Source: Cyanophora paradoxa CCMP329 (lineage: Eukaryota > Plantae > Glaucophyta). From it: a stretch of 64,000 bases of DNA. A program made the translations under genes and the position numbers. Shown here piece after piece: positions 19,470 to 34,670 of this stretch; the first letter of the stretch is position 1; each line of letters starts with the position of its first letter. Under the pieces are notes generated by a model. The model saw nothing but the letters and a program-made list of their open reading frames with translations, was not told the origin of the DNA and ran no database searches. The stretch covers positions 1 to 64,000 of the forward strand of contig QPMI01000579.1 in the NCBI GenBank assembly GCA_004431415.1, given 5' to 3'.

Positions 19470-20943
19470 ATGCCGTGCGGGAGCCGTGCAGCCTTCTCGG
19501 CCCCGGCTTTCTCGGCGCCCGTCGCGGCTTTCAGAGCGCACGACCCAGCGCTACGACCTCACGCTTCGTCCAGCTCACGCTTTCGGGCTGTGCGGCGGGC
19601 TCTGCGGTCGCACTTTCTCGCCGACGGGGACGTACGCGCATCGGATCGGTCATTCTCTGCCGTACCGTTCAGATTTCGCTTCGCGGCCGGCGGCGGCTGC
19701 TTCCAGCGACTCGCGCTCGACTTGCGGGCTGTGGCAAATAGCGGGGCCAACGCGAGCGCAAGCGACATGAAGCTGATCGGGTGGACGGTGCGCTCATTGT
19801 GTCCCGCCGTGGTGGACCTGACGAAGCTGACGCCGGCCCATATGCCATTCCTCCCTCGCGCGCGCCTCTGGGCGCAGGGCTGCCCATTCACGCAGCGCGT
19901 GTGGCTTGCGCTCGAAGGGCGCGGCATTCCCTACGAGTTCGAGCTCATTGACCCGCTCAACAAGCCGGATTGGTTCTCGCCCTAGGCCTCGCCTGCCCTA
20001 TCCTAGCGCCGTTTCGCTCACTCGCGTTCGCCTAACGCAGGTTCCTGCTCATGAACCCTAAGGGGCAGGTCCCCGTGCTGGGTTCGCCGCCCGCGCCGGC
20101 TTCGTTATAAATTTACCCCCGAGGAGTGCCGCCGGCGTTGACGGCGCCACGCCGCCAGTGCACAACGGGAAGCACCTTCGGGAGTCCCTCGTCCAGATCT
20201 ACTACCTGGTCTGCATTCTTATAATTAGTCTGACTTTGAATTTGGATTGCAGCTCAAGCGCGCTTGTCCAGGAGGACGCGTTCCCCTCGAGCGCCGCCCA
20301 CCCGACGCTCCTCCCCGGGGACCCCTACGAGCGGTACCTCTCCCCGTCCCGCAACGTCGCCACGGCGCGCACCGCTGAGCGCCCCCCGCAGGGCGCAGGC
20401 GCGCCTCTGGGTGGAGTGGTGCGGCTCGGAGCTGAACCCGGCCGTGATGGCGCTCCTGCGTGCCAAGGGTGCGGGGATGGGAGCCTTGCCGCATCCGGCC
20501 CCCCGCTCACGCCTTCGCAGAGGAGGCGGACCGCCCGAAGCTTGCGGACGCCGTTGCCGAGAAGCTGCGCTTCCTCTCCGCCGAGATGCCCACCGCCCCC
20601 GCCTTCGCCAGCCCCACCCTCACCCTGGCCCGCCCCCGCGCCCTTTCCCCCCTCGGGATCGCCTCCTCACTCCCCCTCAGGTGGACTGCGTTCTCGTACC
20701 CATCCTCCAGCGCCTGGAGCACGTGGGGCGCCCCTGGCGCGGGTACGGCATTCCGGAGGGGTGCGCTGCTCTGCACCTGTAGCTGCCCGCCCCCTCCCCG
20801 CTAACGTGCTCTCTTTCAGGACCGAGTACGATTCGGTCCGGTCGTACCTCAAGAGAATGGAGGCCTCGCCGGCGGTCCAACGGGGCAGCTTCAGCCACGA
20901 GGAGCTTATGGACTACTACACGCGCGTCTGGCTAAAGCACTAG
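19470..20943 (+). CDS. Cys-type glutathione S-transferase (omega/DHAR/lambda-like) with a probable plastid transit peptide
   Basis: GCPFTQRVWLALE, KPDWFLLMNPKGQVPVL, ESLVQIYYLED and TL.DC. The N-terminal extension MPCGSRAAFSAPAF... is rich in Ala, Ser and Arg. Confidence 0.85.
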
Positions 20944-21088
20944 CCGCCAAATCGCGTCTGCTGTACTATACTAACTAAACTAAAGGCTGCAAGGCTGCAA
21001 GCTAGTTGGCCGCCGTCCCTAGTCGCTTCAGGGAGAGCTGTATACGCAGCTAGCGGGCCCCTGGCATGGGCCTCGGGTCTCCAGCGGC

Positions 21089-21638
21089 TTACAGGAACGA
21101 GCACTCGTCGTCGACCCAGGAAGACTCGACCTGAGCGATGAACGGACGACGTCGGGGACGGTGGGGGCGCCCGAGGGACGGGAGAGCCGCAGCCGCGCCC
21201 GCACCTCGAACGCGAGCTCGGCGTCGGCGGACCAGTCCGCGAGCGGCGCGGCCGCGGCCCCTTCCTCCACGAAGAGGTCGTCCGCCGCCTGCGGCTCGGC
21301 GTCGAGCGCCCGGAAGCCGACGTGGCCCGCCTTCAGCAGAGCCGCGCTGGCCACGACGTGCCCGGCGGCTGCGTGGGCCATTCCGACGAAGCCCGCATTT
21401 TCCTGATGCGCGATAAAGGCTGGTCAGCGTGAGGAAGAACCCCGGACCCCAAGCGGAGGCCGACGCAACAACTGCTGCTACAAGCTTAAGGCCGTACCAA
21501 GGCGGGGGCAGAGCACTCGGCATCCTCGGCGTAGGCGTTGCGGTAGATCGGCTGACTGTTGGGCGGGATGGCGCCGAACGCGTGTGAGCGCTGAGAAACG
21601 GCCGTGCTCGTCAGTTCAATGGCAGCCGCGACCGGCAT
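21089..21638 (-). CDS. Small hypothetical protein
   Basis: Plausible three-exon structure with GT-AG boundaries ending VESSWVDDECSFL*. No family recognised. Confidence 0.35.
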
Positions 21639-21891
21639 GCAGCGCGACGTACGCTCATTATTTGAAGTTCTTGAGCGCTAGTGCGGATCCGGAGCTAGCG
21701 AGCTGACAGGGCTTGAGGCCTTCGTCGCGTACCCTCCCTCACTGTGACCTCAGGCTCCTTTCCTCAGCTGCAGCAGACTCGGATTAGAACCTCTGGAACG
21801 CACCGGACCGGAAGGCTGGCTAACGTACAAGCGTCTGGCACTTCTTGCGCAGCTGCCAGATCCAGATCAAATCGTGCCATTACGCAGGCCA

Positions 21892-22328
21892 ATGGAGCGC
21901 GAGGAGCAGTTCCGAATCGAGATCCAGAATCTCTTCAACGAGGCATGTAATATCGAGGCGCGCTGGGCGCAGGAGTCGCCGGCCAACGCGGCGCGCGTGA
22001 AGGAGATCGCCTCGGAGTCCATCGGCTCAGGCAAGCGCCGTGCAGCCTCTTTCTTTGCAATGACCGCATCAAATTCACGCTTGCTGCCCGCACAGGCGAC
22101 TACGGAGCGATGGGCTGGAAAGACCCGGCAACCAGCCGAACCACGACGCCGTGCCCGCGCTGCGGCCGCCAGCAGGCGACGAGCGGCCTGCTGGCTAAGA
22201 TCGAGGCGCGGCAGCAGTGCCACAGGGTCGTCGCGGGCTGCCGAATGAACGGCGACAGCTACGGAACGATTGCATTCATCTGCTCGACCTGCGGGCTCTT
22301 CACCTGGTGGAGCTACGACGATGCATGA
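21892..22328 (+). CDS. Small zinc-ribbon-like hypothetical protein
   Basis: Two exons, with CPRCG...CSTCG and C-terminal WWSYDDA*. Confidence 0.5.
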
Positions 22329-22801
22329 GTTCAAGGAAGCTGACTTAAGCTTCGCGATCGTGGGCCCCTAGTAGGCCCGCCCGCGCCAGGTGTGCGTACT
22401 CGTCCCGGCGGCGCGCCGGTCGCTCTGTAGCACGGGGAGTCTCGCGCGCGGCTGCCAACTGCATCCCGCGTCCGTGGCCGAGCAATCTCGCGCGCGGCGG
22501 GCTGCCCCAAGGCCGGGCGCCCGCCCCTTCGGAAATTCCGTACATCCCCCCATCCGGAGTCCTACTCCTACCCATCCGCTCCTCCGGACCGGTAACCCCA
22601 CTCCCTCTGTCTGTACACCATCCTCCCGTCCCTCTCGTGTCCGAAGCACGACTTGCCCGGGTTGCCCCATGTCGGCTGCTCGTTGGTACTCGCCCTGGCT
22701 GAGCGGTAGCCCCCTCCCCCCCGCTCCCTCCCCGTCCCCCGGCGGAAAGCTCTCCGAAAGTCGCGGCCCCGCCAGCTCGACATCTTGGCACAATAAGACG
22801 G

Positions 22802-24524
22802 CTACGAGCCGAGCACGCCGCTGGAGCCGATGAGGAGGACCGCAAGCACCTTCCCACGGCCGCGCCCCCTCAAATCAGAGAGGGGCCCGACAAGAGGGAG
22901 GGGGGAGAGGGGGCCGGGCACGTAGAAAGTGTTGTAGAAGGCGTGGGAGGTAACAGAGGCCGCCAGGTTGCCCCCGCTGTCTCAGCGACTCAGTGATGCA
23001 GTGATCATGAGTCGGGACGAGGTAGAAGCTTAAGGGCCCCAGGCGGACGCGGGGGGCGATCCGTGCTCACCTGAGCTCGTACGCGGCGCCGAAGAGGGCG
23101 CTGCCGACGAGGTACGTGAAGAAGTGGGAGGGGGACGCGTGCACGAACTGCTTCCCAATAAGAGGGGGCGGGGGGGGGGGGGGGGGGGGGGGGCTTCGAG
23201 GAAGGCTACGGCGCACCGCGAAGAGGACGGAGGTTGCGGCGACGGAGGCGGCGGGGCCGAGGCGGCCGCGGAGCGTCCGCTGCATCATACCCCGGAAGAC
23301 AATCTCCTCGAATCTGCATGGGGGGATGCATTCGGTGTTTAGGAGGGGGGTAAACTGGTCGGAGGGGGTACTGCGCACATGGGCGCGATGAGGGAACTCG
23401 AGAGGGCATACAGGAGCACGGCGGCTGGCTCGCTGCTCGCGTTCAGGAACCGCGTACCCAGGTCCTGCGGCGCCCTGCCGTCAGGGGTGGGGTAAAGCAA
23501 CGGGACGGGGGTACACAGCCGCGCCATGATCGCCTCGGGGTTCTCAACCCTGTAACCCGCATCGGTCAAGGAAATCGGGGGGTACGCATGCATGTGCCAA
23601 GCGGTGACGCGCCTGCGGACGAGCTCGACGGCGACTAAAGAGCCCAAGCCGCAGGCGAGGCCAACTGCCCGCGCCAGCTGGTCTTCAAAGTCGAATTTGA
23701 AGCCGGCCGCTGGGTACAGGATCATGGCAGGCCTGGCCGTGGGGGGGGGGGGGGGGGGGGGGAAGGGAAGATCCGGACCGAGCTTGGAGAGGTCGCCGAA
23801 GGGGCGGAGGAGGAAGGCGAGGGCGGCCAGGCCGGCCCTGCGCGACCCGTGAGAGGGTTCGCCTCGATCTCGGCCGGCGCCGTGGGCGGCCGCACCCCGC
23901 CTGCACTGCCGAGAAGGAGGCGATGCCCAGCGCGTTCCGCACGGGGTCCCCGAAGGATTCCTGTGCGGCAGGCGTGAGCGCCGCGATGTAGGAGGTCTCT
24001 TTAACGTGATGCTGGGCGGGCGGGGCGCACGAGGGGCTGCCGCATCACGTCCGGGTCGCCCAGCGACTCGAGAGTCCCGCCCATCGCCAGGAAGATGCCG
24101 ATTGCGCACGCGTACCGAAGGGCCGTCCAGGAAAGCAGCCATATGCCCACAATCTGCTCGACACGCGGTTGGCGCGGTCAGTCTCAGAGCTGTGGGGGCG
24201 CGCCGACTGGATCCAACGCACGTTCGGTGCCCAGGGCACGAGCGCAGGGTCGAAAGGGCTGACGGGCGAAACCTCCTGCTCGTTTTCCTTGCTAGATGCA
24301 CACACGAAGAATTGCCGCCATGGCTGGGGCGGCCGGCTCGTGGCGCGGAACTTCAGCGGGACGCGGCTCAAGCTGCCGATCAACACTGCGCATGGCCTGC
24401 AGCGAAAAGCTCCTAGCTTTTTTGATGCTGTCACCGCTGATCGGGCGCTGATCGGCAACTGCAGCTGTCCGCCGGAGCCACAGACTTGCGAGGGTGCCCC
24501 GATCACAAAGCAGGCTCGTTGCAT
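22802..24524 (-). CDS. CPBP/Abi (CAAX protease type II-like) intramembrane metalloprotease, probable plastid transit peptide
   Basis: APMFEEIVFRG, SVLFA..H and LAASVTSHAFYN motifs; N-terminus MQRACFVIGAP... is rich in Ser and Arg. Confidence 0.8.
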
Positions 24525-24762
24525 TGGGCGGCCGCGCGCTGGAGAGACTGCGCTCTAACTGCTGCGCTCTGAGCAGCGCGCGCTCTGCGCTCTTACGCGC
24601 TCTGAGCGGCGCTCACTGACGCGGGGTACAGGCACGCAACGTGGAGCTCGGAGACGGCCCGGGTCCGAAGAGAGCGCCGGCGGCTGGTGCCGCACGAGCG
24701 CAGCTGCTCCAACTGCCTCTGCGGGTGGCGCCGCGCTGGAGCGCCCGTAGGCGTTGCTATCG

Positions 24763-27431
<2,669 letters not shown>

Positions 27432-27532
27432 TTGTTTCCTGCTTCCCAGACCAAGCCGGGCCGGTCCCTGGCCCCTCCTCGTTTAGTTTCTCAGCACTCA
27501 TTCAATTATTCGCGATATCCCCCTGCGCGGGC

Positions 27533-28920
27533 CTAGCCGCCGCCGGCCGCGGCGTGCTGCAGGAGGATGACCTTGAGTGCGCGCCCCGTCTGGAGGCACG
27601 CCTCGTGCTCCGCGTGCACCTCCGCAGGCCGCGGCACCTCCTGCAGTCCAGCGCGGTCGGTGAGCCGACGGCGGGGGCGGCGTGCGAGAGGGCGGGTCGG
27701 GGCGGCCGTGGCCGCGGATCGGACCTGGTTGGTGATGACTCGCCCGTGCCTCCGGAGATCCGACACGACCTTCTCGAAGCTGTGCCACCTTCGAGTCCGA
27801 AGGGCAATCAGATTTGAGCGTCGGGAGGGTGGGGGGAGGCAGCGGGCGCGGCGCGCGCGCCTTGGGTAGAGGAAGATGGGCCGCCAGAAGAGGGGGGGTA
27901 GGAGGACGTGGAGGTGGAGCTGGGGAACCGACACAGGGAAGTTGAACCCCACGGTTATGAATGAAGCGAGGCCCCCCGGAGCCGCCTCCATCAGAGGCAG
28001 GTACGGGTTCCCGCTCCGCCTGCCGGACGCGCGCGCGGGCGCTCGACGCGCAGGCGGGGCAAAGAAAGGGGGGGGGGGAGGGGCACCGGAGTGCGGCGAC
28101 GCCAGCGTCCCGCATGCGCTCGAGGAATGGGACGTGGGCCGGCGTCAGGTGCGTGAGGTCCACTAGCGGAGCGACGGGGATGACGTCCTGCAGGCCGCGC
28201 GCGGGCTGTGAACGCGTACGGCGGCGGCGGCGACGGCGCGGACAAGGACGCACGAGATGGGTCTCGGCCATCGGAAAGAGGTCGCAAAGCACGAGAAGCT
28301 CGTCGTTACGCGCAAGGATCTGGGGGCGCGCGGCTGGTCAGGGAAGCCGCGCGAGCGTGGGGTGGCCCGGCCCGGCAGCAGCCTCGGCCCACTTTTTGGA
28401 AATTCTCGTCAATGTGCCCCTGGGCGATGCCCTGCCGACAAGCAGGTCAGGCCCAGCGCCCCGGGGATGAGAGCGAGCCGCAGACGCCGGGCATCGCTTC
28501 GCCGCGTATGCGCACGAGGAAAACGTTGTCGGGGACGTTCACGACGTCATCCTCCACCAGATCGAAGCCGCAGCGAGTGCAGCTCGCCACGTCGAGCAAG
28601 TTCGGCTTGTGGCAGAGGCGGCAGCTCTTCTTCGGAACGACAGGGATAAGGGGCATCGCGGAGAGGAGGACTGGCGGGGAAGGCTCCTCGCCCCTCGCCC
28701 TCGCCGCGCGCGCCGCAGCGCGCTCTGCTTCTATCCTCTGTCTGACCGTCTCCGTGAGCTCGAACACCTTCATCACGCCGCTGCGCATGACTCAGCTGAG
28801 CTTGCGCGGGAGCGGCGGCAACAGGCAGTCTGGATGGGGAGCGCACTACTCATCGATCTTAGCAGCAGCCGCTGCGGCGGTGGAGGGCGACGACGCGCCC
28901 TCGTCCGAGCCGTCGCCCAT
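27533..28920 (-). CDS. HIT-superfamily (HINT3/aprataxin/DcpS-C-like) protein with a zinc ribbon
   Basis: CRLC...CTRCG, DLFPMAETHL and GFNFPVSVPQLHLHV. Confidence 0.75.
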
Positions 28921-29175
28921 GCTGGCCAGAGCGGTCAGAGCAGCGACAGAAGGTCCAGTTTAAATGACATATAGAGTGTCATGCTACCATATTCCGAGAG
29001 CATAATCGCGGGACGCCGCTGGCAGCTAACGCTGGCGGGCTGCGAGACTGACCGGTCAACCTCTTCGACGGCAGTGCCCGCCACACGCCAGGAAAAAAAG
29101 CCGAATAGGATATGCCGCGCGCGCGGTCTGATGTCTGCGGTCTGCTACGGTTGCGGTTTGCTGCTGCCAAGGCAA

Positions 29176-30060
29176 GTTAGTTACTTAGTGTGTGTGTGCT
29201 CCGGTACCCCTAGGGGCCCGGTTTATAGTCGTCCCCCTCACTCCTTCCCCGGTTTGACCCGGGCCCCTACGGCGTGAAAGCCAATAGGGGGGAGCTCCTC
29301 CCACATGTAGGAGGCGGGGGAAGACTTTGCAGCTGGCTTAGGCAGGTTACCTGTGGGGCATAAGCACTGGTAGCTCTCCTGTTTTCAGCAGCCTTTCCAC
29401 TGCAATGTGTGCGTTCCAGAGGGCTGTATCTGGGGGTGGGTTGTTCCAGCACACGTGTGCTTGCTCGTCATCATTCGGCGTCAGTTTCCCCCTGCATATC
29501 CTGCATCGCGAGTGACCACTGTTATTTTTGAGCTCCTTAGCCTCCTCCAGTGCTCGTTTCCGTTGTGAAATGACGCTCCGGCGTGCCCGTGATCCACTTG
29601 CAACTTCAGTGGCCTGTTCACTAGAGCTAGCACTGGCTGCAGTCGCGGCCGAGCCCGAGAGCTGTAAAAGTGCCTGCACAGCTTCGATTTCGGGATTCGG
29701 AATATTAATTGCATGCGCCGGCGCCATTGCGCCCTGCGGCTGTACATGTGCTTCAGTTCTTTCACGGTCGCGATCGTTGTTAGCTATAGCCACAGCTACT
29801 GTTTGCGGGGCTGCGGGGGCGCCGGTTGTCCGGGCCCTGGAGCTCGGGTTTGAGCTCGAGTTTGGGATTTGATCTGTGGTCGTGGCTGCATTGGGGCGCT
29901 TCCGTGTCGCTCTCGAGGCGGCTGTGCCCAAGGCGGTTTGGGGGCAAGCGTTGCCAATGTTTGCTAACGGTCTGCGCACTGTCGTTCCGGCGGTAGCGCT
30001 TGCCGATCTTGTTGGTACGTCAGCTGCAGCGCTAGCCGGGTTTGCTCGTTAGTTACTTAG
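29176..30060 (-). mobile_element. 5'-truncated non-LTR-type retroelement insertion with a 13-bp TSD
   Basis: GTTAGTTACTTAG direct repeats at 29176-29188 and 30048-30060. A minus-strand ORF runs from the TSD edge to 29347 with no initiating ATG near the boundary, followed by a 3' stem-loop and a (CA)5 tail abutting the TSD. Confidence 0.7.
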
Positions 30061-30230
30061 CTATAGCCTATAGCTGCAAGGGGGTTACCACAACTTCGGC
30101 CTAGTTCGGCGGCACCAGCCGCCCTGGATCGAACGCGTTCACTGCTGCTCGCAAAACCCCGACTTTGTGCATTCCTTAGTGCAGCTGGCAGCCTCTCGCT
30201 GGGCGGGGCTCCTGCAGATCGGCAGCGAAG

Positions 30231-31036
30231 ATGTTTCAATCGGCGCTGCCCCCGCCGCCGAGCTACTACAAGCTCTTCGCAGACGGCACATGTGACTCGA
30301 ATGTGACCTCGAGCGCGGACAAGCCCGCGAAGCGAAAACGCATCCCGCCGCCTCCGCCGAAGCCGCCCGAGGGCACGTACGTGATGTTCGGCGAGTCCTA
30401 CTCGGTGCGCACGCGATTCGCCGTGGCGCGCGCGCCATCGACCGCCCTGCCCTGATTTCGCTCCCGCTCAGACGGATGAAGCACTCCCTTCTCTGCAAGA
30501 CCAGGGCCGCGAGCAACTCTATCCGCAGGGTGACGACATTGGTGCGTTGAGCGTGTTCGTGCTAAGTTCACAGCGGCCAATTGCCTGAGCCCGCAGATAA
30601 GCGCGCGGAGCTCAAGAAGCTGAACCGCTCCCTCCTTGTGAACATGCTGCAGCTCCTGGACGTGCTCATCACGAGCCCCTCGCAGTTCCGAACGAAGGCA
30701 AGCGCTTCCCCCCCGACTGTCTCTTGCTCTTGTCGAGCCTGGGCTTCGCAGATACAGGACATTGAGCTGTTGTTCGTGAACATGCACCACCTCGTCAACT
30801 CGTTTCGCCCGCACCAGGCACGGGAGATGTTGATCGCCTCGATGAGGGACCAGATTGAGCGCAAGCGCGCTCTTGTTGAGGAGTTCAGGAAGTCAGTCTA
30901 CGTGTTTTTTTCATCTGGTCTTCGAAGTCATTCACTCGTTTTGTCCAGATCTACTGAGGATGTGCGCTCGATGATGTGCAAGGTTAGGGCAGAAATGAAC
31001 GACGTGATGGATGCGAACCCACCCTCACAAAGTTAA
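30231..31036 (+). CDS. MED7: Mediator subunit 7
   Basis: SALPPPPSYYK, YVMFGE, ELKKLNRSLL and NMHHLVNSFRPHQARE. Confidence 0.92.
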
Positions 31037-31229
31037 CCTGTCAATGAATCTTTCAAAGATTCTGATTTTCACTGGAATCAGTGCTGGTCGCTGGGCCCGC
31101 GGCAACGTTAACGGCAGCCCCAGTACTAGAGTACATTCTAACACTTGAGCTTGCAAATGTAGCCCGGACATTGCAATTCAAGTTTGCAATTTGTGTCCTA
31201 GTGCTGTCACTCAATCTTCTTTTTTGTCA

Positions 31230-34200
31230 TTAAGCTTCATCTCTATTTACGTATACACTGAAATCATTGCAAAAGACCTCAATAAATGACAAATGCTCTC
31301 CTTCCAGGCTGCATAAATACGTACTTGCAAGTTGCATCAAATTCACAGGATAAGAAACTTGAAAACAGCCCGGCGGCCTGCAGGTCACAGAAGCAGCTGG
31401 CCGTGCTCAGCAACGCTAGCATGCACAGAGTTGCTGGCCTGGTGGAAGTCAACCAGCGTCGAGTGCCCCTCCATAGCGACCTCCTGGGCGTCTAGCACAT
31501 CCTCGATGCTGGCCATATCGATATCTGCATCGATGTCGCCTGTGTCGGCTTGGTATGGGATCACAGCATCGTCTAGAGTTGCATCCATGTACTGCGTGTC
31601 ATGGTCCAAATCCTTCAGCTGAAAAGAGGGAGAAGTCGCCTTCCAGATGTTGATGGCATTCTGTGTGCCCTGCATCCCTCGGAAGTTGCCCTGGCCTCCA
31701 AGCCCGGGGCCCGTGCGGGGACCGCCGAGCATGAGACCCTGCTGCGCTCGAACCCCTTTGAAGGCGCTTGACCATGCTTGGCCCGGACTCTTGACGACAG
31801 CGTTGTTGTCAGGTTCTTGGTCACCGCCGGTGCCCCCTCCAGTGCCACACACGTTCTGGGCCCGGATGCTCTGCAGGGCCCAATCAAATTGAATCAGACT
31901 GCATACAATATAAAAAGCCAGACCTTTCCCATGATTGACCAGTCGCTTTCCATGTCCTTCGGCAGATCGCAGACAATCTTCGGCATCGAATGAAGAGGGG
32001 CAAATTTTTTCATGACTGGAACAAGACCAGATGCACTCTTCTGCACGGGAGCGCCACCTGAAGGCGAAAGAAGCAATGGCTAATTATAAGCAGGGGAGGG
32101 CCCAGTTGCTGTGCATGTAGATGTCGACATCAACGCACCTCTCCCTATCTGATAGAATCCTTGCCCAGGGCCAAGCGTCACACATCCATTCTTATCTGCT
32201 GGAAGCTTTAGCTGGTGTCTGATACCAAAAAAGGGGAGAGCTGCACCAGGTGTGGTGCACACGATACCAATCTGACAAACTAAAAGCATCAGTTTCCGTT
32301 CTCTTGTGATCATGATTGAAAGTTCGAATTCAGCTCACTTCGCGGCCAACATGCCGAGCAGGGGCACCATCGGTCGTCGAAAGCGATGAATTGCTCTTCA
32401 GAAGAATCTGCCCGCCGGAGACGATATCCTCCCCAACACGGTCGGGCATGAGGTGCACAACGCGGCTAAATTGCAGGTTGGGATTCTGTCACGATCCACT
32501 GTCAGGTCCAGCACTCGATAATTTGCGATTGGAGGAGGCAGACCTGGTTGAAAATCGTGTTGAAGAAATTTCTGAAGAAATTATCTGCGGGTGGATTGAC
32601 GCTTATGCATCAAAAGCCCGGGACTTCAATCACCTCCAACTTGAGGACCCGCAAATGTGATTCCCTGTTGAAAAAGCGACCTCATCAATCCAAAACATCC
32701 ATCCAGGGCCAAGCAGAAATTTAAACCAACGCAGTGCCTCTTACCTTGATCGATTGCATTTGAGGGAATATTGGCTGGCGCTGGCCACTCGGAACCAAAC
32801 TGTACATCAAAATTACAACTTGCAAACGGCAAGATGCGCATATCTCTAGCAAAACGCGCACTTCGACTGCTTTGCGATGTCATAAGCAGCAAGTGTAGCC
32901 AGTGCGCCGCCAAGAGAATGCCCAGTCACAATGACATTCATGGGGCGGCCGTTGCATTGCGTCTCCTCATTATTTGCCATAGTTTGGATGATGTCGTCAC
33001 GAATGCTCATATAACCTGGCTCAGATAGTTAGTTCAATGACTGAAAGAGCGCATAGATTTCAAATGTGCACGATCGTAGAAGCCTCTGCTCACACATGGT
33101 GAGCCATGATTGCACATGAGCTCGAGCATAGAGCCACGCACTTGTGTACCAACCCACAACGACTCCCACCGAGGTTGCAGACGGCTGGCTGTGAATTCAG
33201 ATCATGCAGAACATCTTCCTGGCCTGATATGCCAGCAGCAGCTTGCGTTCCTCGGAATGACAGGATAAGCTTGCAGGTATTTTGGTCGCTGTCCACCTGG
33301 CGATAAAGAACGGCTGCGGACTGTCCCCTGGCATTACCATACTTCACATTTCCGCCATTCTGCACATCAAGTGTGACTTCTAAGTCTGAATTTGCGAAGG
33401 ATAATTTTAAAAACAACTACCGGAAGGCTGAAAGACTTGATCAGGGCATAGTTGCGGCCATCTGGGTCCTGGTCTGTGAATGGGCCCGTCTGGATCTTCA
33501 AGACGTTGTATGATGGGTCAGCCGAGCGGCTCGACATGACCGTGCTTGCGGTTTTGCCTTTCGCAAGGGACGCCTCTGGATATTGGCCCCGGTCAGCCGA
33601 AAATGTGTTCAGATTAATCAAAATCAAATTTGAAGAACATACCATATCCCTTCACGTGGTAGGCAGCGCGGGTGAACATTGCAGCCGTCTGCAAGTCGTC
33701 TGGGCTGATAAGCTTGATGTTCGCAACTGCAAAAAGTCCGAGGGCACGGGGCGTTCAAGTCTGTTAGTGTGCTTCCAACGCAAATAGGAAATTGAGAAGT
33801 TGCCCACTCGAACGCTCGCGCGGTGCGACGCCATCGGCAGCGATCTTTGGAGCACGCCAGAATCTTGGAATAATTGTGTTTGCCGCGGCCATGGCCAGAC
33901 CCGTCCCCGGAAGCGGAATGAGGGTTCCAATAGCTGCTCAAGAATCAATCGAATATCAAATAAATGTAGAGGCCATGTTTTACCAATGTCTTTTGCGATT
34001 CCCGCCTTGCTGACCTTGTCTATTACGTCTCCACCAGGGCGCCCGCCCGCGAACTTCGTCGAAAAGGCCCCAGAGCGCGCCCTCCCGGTCGGTTCCTTAC
34101 TGACCGCAAAATCCCCCCCACGCGCTCTCATCGGCCCACTGTAGTTCATAGACGAGTCGTCGAACGAGCCGCGACGTGACCGCCGCAACGGGGACGACCC

Positions 34201-34263
34201 GCCGTCGCGGGGGCTCGAGCTCCCAACACTGAAATCGTCCATCCTGCGCAAAAGCGTTGACAT
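31230..34263 (-). CDS. Class 3 lipase (Lipase_3), multi-exon; ends approximate
   Basis: AAY, LILSFRGT, DVLHDL, LVH.GFY, VIVTGHSLGGALATLAA and TFAGPQVG. Confidence 0.8.
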
Positions 34264-34670
34264 CTCGACGACGCTCAGCTGCTAGGCGAGCTACCGCTGA
34301 TCATCATGATCATGAGCCTAGCCTAGGCCTCGGAGGTTAAGATAAAGTGTGTCCGTTCGCCGCAGCTCAGCCGGAGGGCCTGGCTGCAGCGCATCCAAGT
34401 ACGCTAATAGAATATAGATGGTCTAACGCACCATGGCGCGCGTGCTACGCCGCGGCCTACGTTCTTTAAAATTTGTTGGATTGCATTTTCGACGCGGAGC
34501 CTTGAGGGCTTAGACAGGTGGCGATAGATCGCAAGCCTACGGTGAAATCAGCCTTCCGCACCTGGCCGATGGCGCTAAAGAGGCCAGGGGACTCCAAGGG
34601 GAGCTCGGTCAGCGAACTTGCGTGAAAAAAGAGTTGGGGGGTACGCGCAGTTACTTGGCAAAAGCAGCCG

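Noticed and set aside
19767-19890. Selenocysteine in the GST active site
   Set aside because: The spliced codon is TGC (GCPF), not TGA.
29189-30047. Fanzor/TnpB with omega-RNA, or a hammerhead ribozyme
   Set aside because: No RuvC motifs and no CUGANGA/GAAA core. TSD, tail and 5' truncation fit retrotransposition better.
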